DNA of 64,000 nt from Macrostomum lignano (taxonomy: Eukaryota): NCBI GenBank assembly GCA_002269645.1, contig NIVC01002805.1:1-64000 (forward strand), written 5' to 3'. A model generated the notes under the pieces. The model saw only the letters and a list, made by a program, of their open reading frames with translations. It was not told the DNA's origin and did no database searches. Shown here piece after piece: positions 34,380 through 56,700 of this stretch. The position numbers and the translations under genes are program-made. Positions within the stretch are counted from its first letter, which is position 1. Every line of letters begins with the position of its first letter.

Positions 34380-36368
34380 CAGATCCCCAGTTGCTGGGCC
34401 AGCCTCTCAGATCCTCAGTTGCTGGGCCAGCCTCCCAGATCCCCAGTTGCTAGGCCAGCCTCCCAGATCCTCAGTTTCTGGGCCAGCCTCTCAGATCCTC
34501 AGTTGCTGGGCCAGCCTCCCAGATCCGCAGTTGCTGGTCCAGCCTCCCAAATCTTCAGTTGCTGGGCCAGCCTCCCAGATCCTCAGTTACTGGGCCAGCC
34601 TCCCAGATCCTCAGTTTCTGGGCCAGCCTCCCAGAGTGTCAGTTGCTAGGCCACCCAGATCCTCAGTTGCTGGGCCAGCCTCCCAGAGTGTCAGTTGCTA
34701 GGCCAGCCTCCCAGATCCCCAGTTGCTGGGCCAGCCTCCCAGATCCGCAGTTGCTGGGCCAGCCTCTCAGATCCTCAGTTGCTGGGCCAGCCTCCCAGAT
34801 CCCCAGTTGCTGGGGCAGCCTCTCAGATCCTCAGTTGCTGGGCCAGCCTCCCAGATCCCCAGTTGCTAGGCCAGCCTCCCAGATCCTCAGTTTCTGGGCC
34901 AGCCTCTCAGATCCTCAGTTGCTGGGCCAGCCTCCCAGATCCCCAGTTGCTGGGGCAGCCTCTCAGATCCTCAGTTGCTGGGCCAGCCTCCCAGATCCCC
35001 AGTTGCTAGGCCAGCCTCCCAGATCCTCAGTTTCTGGGCCACCCTCCCAGATCCTCAGTTCTGGGCCAGCCTCCCAGATCCTCAGTTTCTGGGCCAGCCT
35101 CCCAAATCCTCAGTTGCTGGGCCAGCCTCCCAGATCCTCAGTTGCTGGGCCAGCCTCTCAGATCCTCAGTTGCTGGGCCAGCCTCCCAGATCCTCAGTTG
35201 CTGGGCCAGCCTCCCAGATCCTCAGTTGCTGGGCCAGCCTCCCAGATCCCCAGTTGCTGGGCCAGCCTCCCAGATCCCCAGTTGCTGGTCCAGCCACCCC
35301 AGTCAGTCACTGTCATGGCATGTCAACCTCACATTTAATCAATCGCATTCCTTGTTCATCTTAATTATCTCTATGGTCTCTGAATGAATCTCTGCATTGC
35401 ATATTGAAGATCAAGAGGTAAATAGAGTTAATCAGCTGCACAAATTTCTTTGCGTCACACAATCGTACTAATTGCATTATTCAAGTACAGTCAGTTGGCG
35501 CCAGTCCCCACCTACGTAGCCGTGAAATTGCGAACGGGAAATCTCGCCGGAGATTTATGGCCAGTTAGTTTCTGCTTGGGCTTGAATAGTAATAAGTTTA
35601 TCTATTCATATATATTAATACAATGCTGTCACTGTTTGCTCAAATGCATAGGCGGGCTGGAATGCCAGGCAGCTTGCAAACATCAGATGTCTCTCTGCAT
35701 GCCATGCGGCGCATGGGCAGGGACGGAAAGGCGGGCTCGTGGCTTACAAAAGAGCCACCATCAGAGTGTACAAAGTCTGCTCTTGGCAAACTTTTTTATC
35801 GCTGGCCTGCTGGGTGGAATGGAGAGTCGCAAAAATCCAAAATTCTTGCCGTCACGCGGAGGGGAGGAGAGATGGGGCCAGGGTCAGGGAATCCGGAGTT
35901 ATATATATAGTCTGGATTGGGAAATGCCATTGCCTTTGTCTTCTATATTTCGCTTGTAGTGTTGCCCAGTATCTGTGGGCACCAACTCCCAAATCCTCAG
36001 TTGCTGGGCCAGCCTCTCAGATCCTCAGTTGCTGGGCCAGCCTCTCAGATCCTCAGTTGCTGGGCCACCCTCCCAGATCCTCAGTTGCTGGGCCAGCCTC
36101 TCAGATCCTCAGTTGCTGGGCCAGCCTCTCAGATCCTCATTTGCTAGGCCAGCCTCCCAGATTCTCAGTTGCTGGGCCACCCTCCCAGATCCTCAGTTGC
36201 TGGGCCAGCCTCTCAGATCCTCAGTTGCTGGGCCAGCCTCTCAGATCCTCAGTTGCTGGGCCAGCCTCTCAGATCCTCAGTTGCTGGGCCAGCCTCTCAG
36301 ATCCTCAGTTGCTGGGCCAGCCTCTCAGATCCTCAGTTGCTGGGCCAGCCTCTCAGATCCTCAGTTGC
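34380..36368. repeat. Minisatellite (CTCAGATCCTCAGTTGCTGGGCCAGCCT) in two blocks, 34380..35295 and 35990..36368
   Basis: The same unit occurs on both sides of a ~700-bp unique insert. Confidence 0.95.
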
Positions 36369-36854
36369 TCAAACTCAAACAAACTTTACAAATGGTTCCT
36401 TGTCGCAGGATTCTGTTGATGATGAGTTAGCAGTACGAGCTAGCAGTCGCCTCTCATTGGCCGGAAACTAAGTGGTTTTCGCGCTTTCCAAATTCTTTGC
36501 CAAGAAGTCCACGGTCGGGTCTTAAATTATTATCAATCCATTTCTGTCGCATAGGCTGCAGGAGTCCCGCAGGTCTCTGCTGCGTGTGTGTGTATTGGTC
36601 AGTCGAAATCAGACCTTGAGTCCACACTGCTCTCAGGTCAGCCATTATAATGGTTTCGAAGCCTTGTGCTATGAGCATTTTACCTGTATATTGTGTGCTC
36701 AGGGCGACAAGAGTCAAAACTTGTTTGGCTTGAAGAAGAAAGTTTTCTTCTACTAAAGCTCTGGATATTTCCAGCTCAGTATTAAACTAGTTTCCAGCAG
36801 CTCAGAAAAGCAGGGACTCGGCTTGTTTAGTAACCAGGCTTGGTAAATCCCAGC

Positions 36855-46413
<9,559 letters not shown>

Positions 46414-47084
46414 GCACAGATTGCAGTGTCGAGCTTGTAGTAGTGAAGAGACATGAAGAGAGACATTTTATTTATGTAACTTGATTGATCTGATAATACT
46501 TTTCCCTGTGTAGTCATGCGTAAAATAAACAAATATTTGCGGGAGGCAAGCTAAACTTTTGAAATTCTGGTATGGTTTCAAGTTTCCAATATTAAAGTTA
46601 TTAGATCACGGACTAATTACTCGTAAGTAGACGACTTACATGTACATGTATATGCTCGTAAAATATACCTAAATAGTCCGTGCATTAAAAATAAATGTAA
46701 ACTCACCTTGAGTCGATTCGAGTACTGTGCACTCGACTTGGCAAACTGCCAATCAAGTAAAATTATCTAGTTTTCTTTATTTTTGCCTGAGAGCTATTTG
46801 ATAGCTTAGTTTATAATAGTTGTTTTCTTGTTTTCTTGTTTCAGCTTAGCCAGCGTTAATTTGAGACACTTAAATAATAGAGACTTTAATTAGAAGGGTT
46901 TAGCAGTCATATGGGTTTATTAATAAATCTTGACTTGATCAACAGAGGTTGCATGTGACCATTAGTCAGTGTTGAGCGACAGTCGGTAGCTTTGACCGAC
47001 TTCTAGCTGAGGGTAATCAGCTGGTCCGGTTTGGGTTAACTTACTCCGAAAGTGAGCAAAAGCTGACCACAATTGCTGGTCTCC

Positions 47085-47665
47085 CTAAATCCCTGCAGTG
47101 TGTGTCCTTAGATCCTGCAGTTTGTGTCTTTAATCCTGCAGTGTGTGTGTGCTTAAATCCCTGCAGTGTGTCCTTAAATCCCTGCAGTGTGTGTCTTTAA
47201 TCCTGCAGTTTGTGTCTTTGAATCCTGCAGTATGTGTCCTTAAATCCTGCAGTGTGTGTCCTTAGATCCTGCAGTTTGTGTCTTTGAATCCTGCAGTGTG
47301 TGTGTCCTTAAATCCTGCAGTGTGTGTCCTTAGATTCTGCAGTTTGTGTCTTTGAATCCTGCAGTATGTGTCCTTAAATCCCTGCAGTGTGTGCGTCCTT
47401 AAATCACTGCAGTGTGTGCGTCCTTAAATCCCTGCAGTGTGTGTGTCCGTAAATCCTGCAGTGTGTGTCCTTAGATCCTGCAGTTTGTGTCTTTAAATCC
47501 TGCAGTGTGTGTGTCCTTAAATCCTGCAGTGCGTGTGTCCTTAAATCCCTGCAGTATGTGCGTCCTTAAATCCCTGCAATGTGCAGTGTGTCCTTAAATC
47601 CCTGCAATGTGTAGTGTGTCCTTAAATCCCAAAATTTGTGTCCCTAAATCTCGCAGTGTGTGTCC
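47085..47665. repeat. ~22-24 bp minisatellite (ATCCTGCAGTGTGTGTCCTTAA)
   Basis: Tandem array between convergent genes. Confidence 0.93.
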
Positions 47666-48585
47666 TTAGTCTCCGTAAAGTATGTCCTTTGTGCCCTTTT
47701 GTTACTGAAATGTGCGTGTTTATTCCTTGCAGTTCACATTAGACCTCCTTAATAACTTTTGATGCTATAGCAAAGGCTATAGTCACCATTCCTACAGTCA
47801 CTCCAGACTCTGTCTAAATGACCAATTAGGTAAACATTGTTAAGAACTTGTTTCTCACGGCCTGCAATTGTTGAACAAAGTTATAGCCAAGTCGATCGTT
47901 ATTCTGTTTATTTTAGCTCGAGAATGAGGTCTGCACTGGGCGGTGTTGTAAAAATGATACCTTAGCATGAATTATTTTAGTGACAGCCAACAACCGTGTG
48001 AACTAGTTCTTTATACTCGTAACATTTGCATTTTATTAACTGAAAAGGGCTGTCAGATAGATAGGCGTTCGACTTTTGCGCTCATATCAAATTTACAGTT
48101 GCAATAAAATATATTATCTAGCAGGACAATATGCTAAATTATGGGCCAATTTTCACAAGCAGTCTCGTGAAAATTTCAATGGAATTGCATGAAAAGCTGC
48201 AATGAGGTGGAGATATGAAAAAAATAGTTGAGTCGGGATTTTATCTGCAAAAAAAGAGTCAATTTATCACCTGTACAATGGGAGTCAGCGTTGAGTTCGG
48301 TTTCACGACTGAACTTCCAATCAAACGAATGCCAACGCTTGAACATACATGTACATGCGCGTCACCCGGCCGAGGCACAGGCAAAGTACTAAATAGATGA
48401 CGAGGCATTTAGTCATACATATAAAGTTATAGTTTCTCTTGCCGTTTACTCAAAATTACGTCAATTTTGCTGTTTCTCTTTTTTTGCTAAGTCGACTGAT
48501 CGCCTAAAGTCCTCCCTAAAGAGCCCTCGCTAATTAACCTAAGGTAAGAAACTTTGAAGCCATAATTTACAGGAAACCATGCAGT

Positions 48586-49895
48586 CTAGCTGCAAGCATC
48601 AACTGGCGCGGACGGCTGCGGCAGGAGGCGCATCAGAAAGGACGCCCGCCAACTCGGCGCGTTCGACGACGGCTTCTTAGAGGCGTCTTCGTCGAAGTCG
48701 AACTCGCTCAGCTTCTCTTCTTCATCAGCGTCGGGCAAGTAGCTTGACTGCAGAGCCAGCAGCTGCGCCAGAGCTGAGAACCGCTCGAGTTCGAGTTCGC
48801 CTCCGGCCAGCAGCTCCTCGGCGAGCCGGCGAATCAGCGCGGCTCGGTCGCCGCCTTCAAAGCAGCCGCCTTCGCGCAGCAGGCCGCGCTGGGCCGCCTC
48901 CGGAGACGCGAATCGCCTGGAGGTCCGTCGCAGCAGAGCCAGGCAGCGGGCCGCAGACAAAACCCAATCGACCAGCAGCCTGGCGGTAGGAGACTGGGCC
49001 GCCTCATCCGACTCAGCCAGCAGCTGCATCAGCGGCCGGCCCAGCCGCGGCTTGCTCAGCAGATTCAGCAGTTCGTCGCTGAGAACCGCTGGGTTCCACC
49101 GCCGAAGCCGGCCGACCAGTCCGCCAGCGCCGCGGCCAATCAGCACCCGGCGTCCCTCGGTGCTCAGCCGGAGTTCCATGCCGTGCTCGTCATTGTTGTT
49201 GAAGTCCAGGCTGGGCTGGTTGCCTAGCAACAGGGCAGCAACCGCTTGGGTCAGCAGCCGGAGCCGGTGCTGCCTCGAACGGAAAGCGACGTCGCTGAGC
49301 TCGGTGGTCGAGGCGCCGGCTATGAGGCGCTGGCGAGCCGCCTCAGCGGCCTCAGTCGCCTCCTGATATTTGAGCATCGCCAGAACCTCCGGCCTGCTCA
49401 AATCTTGCCAGAGGCTGTGCAGGATGTCGCCGTCCAGATCGGCGTCCTCGGAAGGGCAGCGGCCGAGCGCCGACATCGCCGCGTCGGTGAAGGCCGTCAC
49501 GAAACGGAAATCGGCGGCCAGGACGGCTTCTTCGCTCTGGTCGGCGGGTCGACGGTTTTTGGTGAGGAAAATCGCGGCGTCCGCCAGGTTGAGGACGGCC
49601 TGATCGCAGGTGAGCTGCAACAACGTCTGAATCACGTGGTTGAGCATCCGGAACAGGCGGCTGAACTCCGGCGACGGGCAGCAGCTGTCTGGCAGCTGGT
49701 TCTCCATCATCATGAGGCTGAGCAGTCCGGCTGAGCAGCGAAGGTCGCGGCAGGCCTGAAGCATAGCGGCGCATCGGTCTGACTCGTGCAGGTCGACCAG
49801 GTTAGCCAGGTAGGACTGCAGACAGGAGTCCAGCGGACTGTGCGGCTGCTGCAGGGTCAGGTGGGGATGTGTCTGTCTGTCTCTGTCTGTCTGCC

Positions 49896-49938
<43 letters not shown>

Positions 49939-52512
49939 GTGTCTGTGTGTCTGTCTGTCTTAGTGTCTGTCTGTCTGTCCGTCTGTCTGTCTGTCCGTCT
50001 TAGTGTCTCTGTCTTCCCCCCTGTGTCTCTCACCTGAGTCTCTCGCAGCACCATCTCCCGGAACAGGGTGGCGCAGACCTCAACCACCAGGCAGTCGTTG
50101 ACATCGCCCCAGTCCCACTGACCGCCCCTGTCGTGCTGGTGCAGGCACTGGACCGGCGACTCGTCCAGCGCGGTCAGCTGCCGGGTCGCCTCCGCCTGAA
50201 GCCGCTGTCTGAGTCGGTCGCGCGTTTCGCTGAACAGTGGCGGACTGAGCCGGAAGATGCCGGCCAAGCCTGCCAGCAGGTGTCGATCGGCCACCGGCTG
50301 CAGCTGGCCGACGGTGTGGCTGAGCAGGACGATGATGTTCGCCAGCAGGCCGGAGACGTCGGCCAGCCGTCGAAAATCCGAGCGAGTCTCCGAGATCACG
50401 TGACGAGCGACTGTGTACAACGAGGCGAGGCCTTCGCGAGTGGGAACGCGCTGATTTTCGCGAAGGCAGATCACGTGACCGTAAGCGGAATAAAACACGA
50501 ACTGGACAACCTCAGGTGGGCAGAGGTTCGCTTTGAGGTTCAAGATGAGGCGTCGGCCTTCTCTGGTTGGCGGGGGGGAGGGTAAAGTGAGGTTCGAATT
50601 CTGTCTGGGACAAATGGTCTTTTGTCTGCCTGTCTTAGTGTCTGCCTGTCTTAGCGTCTGCCTGTCTTAGCGTCTGCCTGTCTTAGTATCTGCCTGTCTT
50701 AGTGTCTGCCTGTCTTAGTGTCTGCCTGTCTTAGTGTCTGCCTGTCTTAGTATCTGCCTGTCTTAGTGTCTGCCTGTCTTAGCGTCTGCCTGTCTTAGTG
50801 TCTGCTTGTCTTAGTGTCTGCCTGTCTTAGTGTCTGCCTGTCTTAGCGTCTGCCTGTCTTAGTGTCTGCCTGTCTTAGTATCTGCCTGTCTTAGTGTCTA
50901 CCTGTCTTAGTATCTGCCTGTCTTAGTGTCTGCCTGTTTTAGTGTCTGCCTGTCTTAGTGTCTGCCTGTCTTAGTATCTGCCTGTCTTAGTGTCTGCCTG
51001 TCTTAGTGTCTGCCTGTCTTAGCGTCTGCCTGTCTTAGTGTCTGTGTGTCAGTCTCTGCCTGTCTTAGTGTCTGCCTGTATTAGTTTCTGCCTGTCTGCC
51101 TGTCTGCCTGTCTTAGTGTCTGCCTGTCTTAGTGTCTGTGTGTCAGTCTCTGCCTGTCTTAGTATCTGCCTGTCTTAGTGTCTGCCTGTCTTAGTGTCTG
51201 CCTGTCTTAGCGTCTGCCTGTCTTAGTGTTTGCCTGTCTTAGTGTCTGCCTGTCTTAGCGTCTGCCTGTCTTAGTGTCTGCCTGTCTTAGTATCTGCCTG
51301 TCTTAGTGTCTACCTGTCTTAGTATCTGCCTGTCTTAGTGTCTGCCTGTCTTAGTGTCTGCCTGTCTTAGTGTCTGCCTGTCTTAGTATCTGCCTGTCTT
51401 AGTGTCTGCCTGTCTTAGTGTCTGCCTGTCTTAGCGTCTGCCTGTCTTAGTGTCTGTGTGTCAGTCTCTGCCTGTCTTAGTGTCTGCCTGTCTTAGCGTC
51501 TGCCTGTCTTAGTGTCTGCCTGTCTTAGTGTCTATGTGTCAGTCTCTGCCTGTCTTAGTGTCTGCCTGTCTTAGTGTCTGTGTGTCAGTCTCTGCCTGTC
51601 TTAGTGTCTGCCTGTCTTAGTGTCTGCCTGTCTTAGTGTCTGCCTGTCTTAGTATCTGCCTGTCTTAGTGTCTGCCTGTCTTAGTATCTGCCTGTCTTAG
51701 CGTCTGCCTGTCTTAGTGTCTGCCTGTCTTAGTGTCTGCCTGTCTTAGTGTCTGTGTGTCAGTCTCTGCCTGTCTTAGTGTCTGCCTGTATTAGTTTCTG
51801 CCTGTCTGCCTGTCTGCCTGTTTGTCTGTCTGTCTGTCTGTCTGCCTGTCTGCCTGTCGCCATCTATCTAATAGTTCCTGGCTATTGAATTTCAAAGCAC
51901 TCCAACTCACCTGGTCAGCTGCTTCTTGGGCGGCCACTGCCCGCTCCGGTACAGCGGCACGAAGTCGCCCATCAGAAAGGAGTGGCAGGGCGTCGTTGCC
52001 GTCCCGTTTGCAGCGTCAGCCAGCCGCAGGTGCAGGTCGACCCCGATGCCGCAGGCCTGGGCAAGCAGCAGGAAGGCGGCCTCCGGGCAGGCGGGCCGCC
52101 ACACCAAGCCGCCGCCGTTGGGCACCAGGAACGGGCAGAGGCAGGCGCGGCGCCGCCGGACGGAGGCCCAGTCCACCGGCACCATCAGCACTGGCGACCA
52201 GCAGCGCACCACCGACTTGTCGGAGAGGGCCGCCAACCTGAACTGTGCCGCTCGCCACTGCGCAAACTTGGCCAGGCCGTGTCGAATGTCGGCGTCTGGC
52301 AGGCCGCAGCCGGCACAGCCGGCCGACGCTGCGGTGGCGAACGCCTCCGACAATTGATTGACGCACTGCTGGCCGTCACTGCAGGCTGCCTGCCGGGCAA
52401 GCATCCGGCTGCGGAGCTCGTCCGGTGCAGCAGCGGCCGTCGGCTGCGACCTGCCGCCGCTGTCGCCGCTTCTCAAGCCGAGGAACTCGTCCCGGTAGAA
52501 ACTGTGCAGCAT
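48586..52512 (-). CDS. Uncharacterised ~811-aa protein (3 exons)
   Basis: Exons 52512..51911, 50604..50034 and 49848..48586 join in frame (phases 2/0, GTGAG donors), with GC-rich codon usage and no stops. No family confidently recognised, and upstream exons cannot be excluded. Confidence 0.78.
49868..50000. repeat. (TCTG)n microsatellite, intronic
   Basis: Direct repeat. Confidence 0.93.
50625..51855. repeat. 16-bp minisatellite (TGTCTGCCTGTCTTAG), intronic
   Basis: Tandem array filling intron 1 of the 811-aa gene. Confidence 0.97.
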
Positions 52513-53778
52513 CTCAAAAGTTCGTCTGCCGCCTGACCTCTAGCTAACACCGCCCCTGGCGGTTAAACAAAACGATGATAAATAAAGCTTCGGTTTATGA
52601 TGAAAGGCCTGTCTTAACAGTTGCAACTGGTCTGCCCAGACACGCTGTTGCCGCCTGGACTGCTAAATTTACTGTATTCTCTACTAGACTTCTTGTCCTC
52701 AGCAGACAACTCGGCTATCGTCTCTTATTGTTTAAAGTTAACAGTTGTTAGCGGTCAAAACAGCGATAGAAATGCTCAGATAAAGCACTGGAGCATTGCA
52801 GCTTGGGAGTTGATCTGAAATAGGGTTGGACCTTAAGTAAGGGGGGTTGCGGACCCCCCCCCACCCCCAACCCAAAGGGAGGCTTGAGTCTCTCTAAAAA
52901 CAAAACTATCAAGTAAGGGGGGTACGTAAAATGAGACGGGGGTCGAGACGAGCATTGGGGGCTGGGACGAGATTTGAGCTGTTAATAAAAAAACTTTGCT
53001 TGTTTCAGACAGCACAGTCAACCGTTGCGCGCAGACAAAAACATTTCTCCAGGTAAACAGACAGAGAGACAGCCCTGTCTGACCTGTAGAGTCTCTCTCA
53101 CACAGTGACACAACTCGCAATGACTGGTCTCTCTAATTCGTGTCTGCTTTCGAGGAGAGCAGAGATTTGTTCTTAACAAACCGCCCTCCCCTGCCCCAAG
53201 CAGCCCAGACAGATTTCTCACTGTTCCAAAGCATTGCAATATAGCAGCAGAAATTTCCGGCCTAGGGCAATAGTCGAGGCGCTCGTTAATTGCTTTAAGC
53301 TTGTAAACAACATTTAGGAGGCGTTTAGGGTCTTCCAAGAATAATATTTTTTGTTATAAACCGATCCCAGCTGATCCCAGATCCCAGTTTGGCAGTAAAC
53401 GACCTTATGGGTAGCGCTACGTTCAAAGTGAATTGCAAGGCCAGTTGGGTCAAACACATTGATAAAAGTTAAGCAGTATTTACTGCGGTTAGTAGGCATA
53501 GTAAAAGTTTGTGCTGATAAACCTACTACTGACTGAAAGTAGAATATAATGCACAAGTCTTTTGGTAAAATCTATAGTCAGTGCAACAACACGTTTTGAA
53601 ATTGAGGTGAACAGATTTTTTATTTTAGTAACGAAATATCGACACAGAATGTTTTATTGTTACGCATCTGCTTCTGCTATAAATTCACAGGAAAATTGTC
53701 AATGAAAAATTTTAGTATACTTCGATTAGACTGAATCACCCTTGCGATTCCCGTACATCTGCGGGGAAACTTTTAAAC

Positions 53779-56700
53779 TCAAACTCGAGAAATTCTTGCA
53801 GGCATTTGCACAGGGTACTGCGGCCGCTGCCAGTGCTGGTGCTGGTGCTGGTGCTGGTGCTGGTGCTGGTGATGGTTTTGTAGCTGGTGCTCATCGGGTT
53901 CTAAATCAAATCCTGAATTGGTTCGAGCGGCCACCCTGGCAACCGATTTCTTTCTAGCCTGCATCTGAGCTACCGAGCGGGGCAGCGCTGCCGCTCGGGT
54001 TCGATTCCTGTGCAGCAGCATTCCGAGCATGGTGACGATGTGCAGGCAGAGTTCGGCCATCTCGCACAGAGTCAACACGCTGATGCCCATGTAGAGGCCA
54101 AGGATGCCGCCGATGTCCGAGAACAGGTCGGAAAGCTCGTAGGCTGCACTCTCGTCCGTACTGACCCCAAGGCCCTGCGCGGACAGTTTTGCGGTGAAAT
54201 ATTTGGTTGGTTGGTTGGTTGGTTGGTTGGTTGGTTGGTTGGTTGGTTGGTTGGTTGGTTGGTTGGTTGGTTGGTTGGTTGGTTGGTTGGTTGGTTGGTT
54301 GGTTGGTTGGTTGGTTGGTTGGTTGGTTGGTTGGTTGGTTGGTTGGTTGGTTGGTTGGTTGGTTGGTTGGTTGGTTGGTTGGTTGGTTGGTTGGTTGGTT
54401 GGTTGGTTGGTTGGTTGGTTGGTTGGTTGGTTGGTACAACGGAATACCCTATGGAAAACCCTCAGAGTTGCAACCAACCTGCGAGTCACCAATGCGAAAC
54501 CGCAACGCCAGAAAATTATTCGAATTTGCGCCGCTTCCGTTCAGTCGTTTGTAGGCGTCGTACAGATTCCAGTTCGTCCGTCGAATGAACTCTTCATTGA
54601 CTGACAGGTTAGCCTTGTTGGCCCCGTTCAGGTAGAACACGTTGGATTGAAGCCAACGTTGCACCTGCGGCTGTAGGAACTCGACGCTGCCCACCGGCCA
54701 GAGGTTCGGCATCACACTAGTGGAGTAGACCTTGGCCTGGCAGCTGTCCAAGCACAGCTGGTTCTGGGAATCGTTGCTAGCTATGACCCTGGAGGGAGAC
54801 AGGACGTTTTCACCTGTTAGACAGGATAGTTTCATCTGTTATGCAGGATAATGTCACCCGTTAGACAGAATAGTGTCCCCTGTTAGACAGAGTATAGTGT
54901 CACATGTTAGACAGGAAAAATTTCGCCAGAAAGGATAGTCAGAAAGGATAATTGTCGCCTGTTTAGACAGGACGGTGTCACCTGTTAGACAGGACGGTGT
55001 CACCTGTTAGACAGGACGGTGTTACCTGTTAGACAGGACGGTATCCCCTGTTAGACAGGACGGTGTCACCTGTTAGACAGAACGGTGTCACCTGTTAGAC
55101 AGGACGGTGTCACCTGTTAGACAGGACGGTGTCACCTGTTAGACAGGACGGTGTCACCTGTTAGACAGGACGGTGTCACCTGTTACCTGGCAAATCGCAG
55201 GCAGATCTCCTGATCAAGCAGGGTGTCAAGAATCGCTGGCAGCTCCGCAGCGGTTGACACGTTGGCCCGCTTGAACACCTGGTAGATGAAGGTGATGAGG
55301 TCGGTGGGCTGCAGGGGCCGGCCGCTGGGGCTGTTGATCAGCAGGTTGGACAGATTGCCCCTCCTTGGCCGATCGCTCAGGGCCAGACTCAACGGGAGGC
55401 TGGGATCGATGAAGCCGCATTTTTGTAATAAAATTTTCTGAGTCACGTCAACGTAACAGTCGGCTAGTTGGGTTTGGTATCGCTCTGGTTGAGTCGTGCG
55501 GTTCACGATAGCCAGGTACTGCACCGACTCGTCAGACTCTGAGCAACGGTAGTTTCGCGTGTTCTTCGACGTGTACACCTGGGCGGGTTAGAGTTGGATT
55601 GGTAATTAATGAGTTGCGAGTGTAGCTGTGGGGAAAAGTTATTGGCTTTGGGTCCGTACCGGTATGTCATGAAGATTGCTTTTAGGTCAATGTGGGTCAT
55701 TATGATTACTTTTAGGCCAATGTAGGTCATAAGGATTGCTTTTGGGTCAATGTGGGTCATTAGGATTGCTTTTGGGTCAATGTGGGTCATTATGATTACT
55801 TGGGTCAATGTGGGTCATTAGGATTGCTTTTGGGTCAATTTGGGTCATTAGGATTGCTTTTGGGTCAATGTGGGTCATTAGGATAGGATTGCTTTTGGAT
55901 CAATGTGGGTCATTAGGATTGCTTTTGGGTCAATGTAGGTCAATAGGATTGCTTTTGGGTCAATGTAGGTCAATAGGATTGCTTTTGGGTCAATTTGGGT
56001 CATTAGGATTGCTTTTGGGTCAATGTAGGTCAATAGGATAGGATTGCTTTTGGATCAATGTAGGTCAATAGGATAGGATTGCTTTTGGATCAATGTAGGT
56101 CATTAGGATTGCTTTTGGGTCAATGTAGGTAAATAGGATAGCCTTTGGGTCAATGTACTCGTAAGTCATTAGGATTGCTTTTGGGTCAATGTAGGTCAAT
56201 AGGATTGCTTTTGGGTCAATGTAGGTCAATAGGATTGCTTTTGGGTCAATGTGGGTTATTAGGATTGCTTTTGGGTCAATGTGGGTCATTAGGATAGGAT
56301 TGCTTTTGGATCAATGTAGGTCATTAGGATTGCTTTTGGGTCAATGTGGGTCATTAGGATTGCTTTTGTGTCAATGTGGGTCATTAGGATTGCTTTTGGG
56401 TTAATGTGGGTCATTATGATTACTTTTGTGTCAATGTGGGTCATTAGGATTGCTTTTGGGTCAAATTTAGTCATTAGGATTGTTACGGGTCAATGTGGAT
56501 TATTCCAATATTTTAGGCCAAAGTCAACCTGATAGCGAATATCCACGATTGTCTCCCTACTGGCCGGCGCTTCAATGCGACTTCCCAGAGTGGGATAAGT
56601 GCTTGGCTGGTGAACAAAGACCACCGCGCCGCCCTGGCCCTGCATGTTGAACCAGTCGCCAGGCAGGAGCTGCAGCGTGTCCGTGACGAGCTGGCTGGGG

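Noticed and set aside
36454-36717. 87-aa minus-strand ORF
   Set aside because: No recognisable domain or splice context.
52230-52310. Intact MYND zinc finger in the 811-aa protein
   Set aside because: Only the first CxxC is present; the second pair reads FAQW and the later Cys/His ligands are missing.
53018-53556. Two overlapping AT-rich minus-strand ORFs between ENaC and the 811-aa gene
   Set aside because: No recognisable motif, codon usage unlike the neighbouring genes, and no convincing splice linkage.
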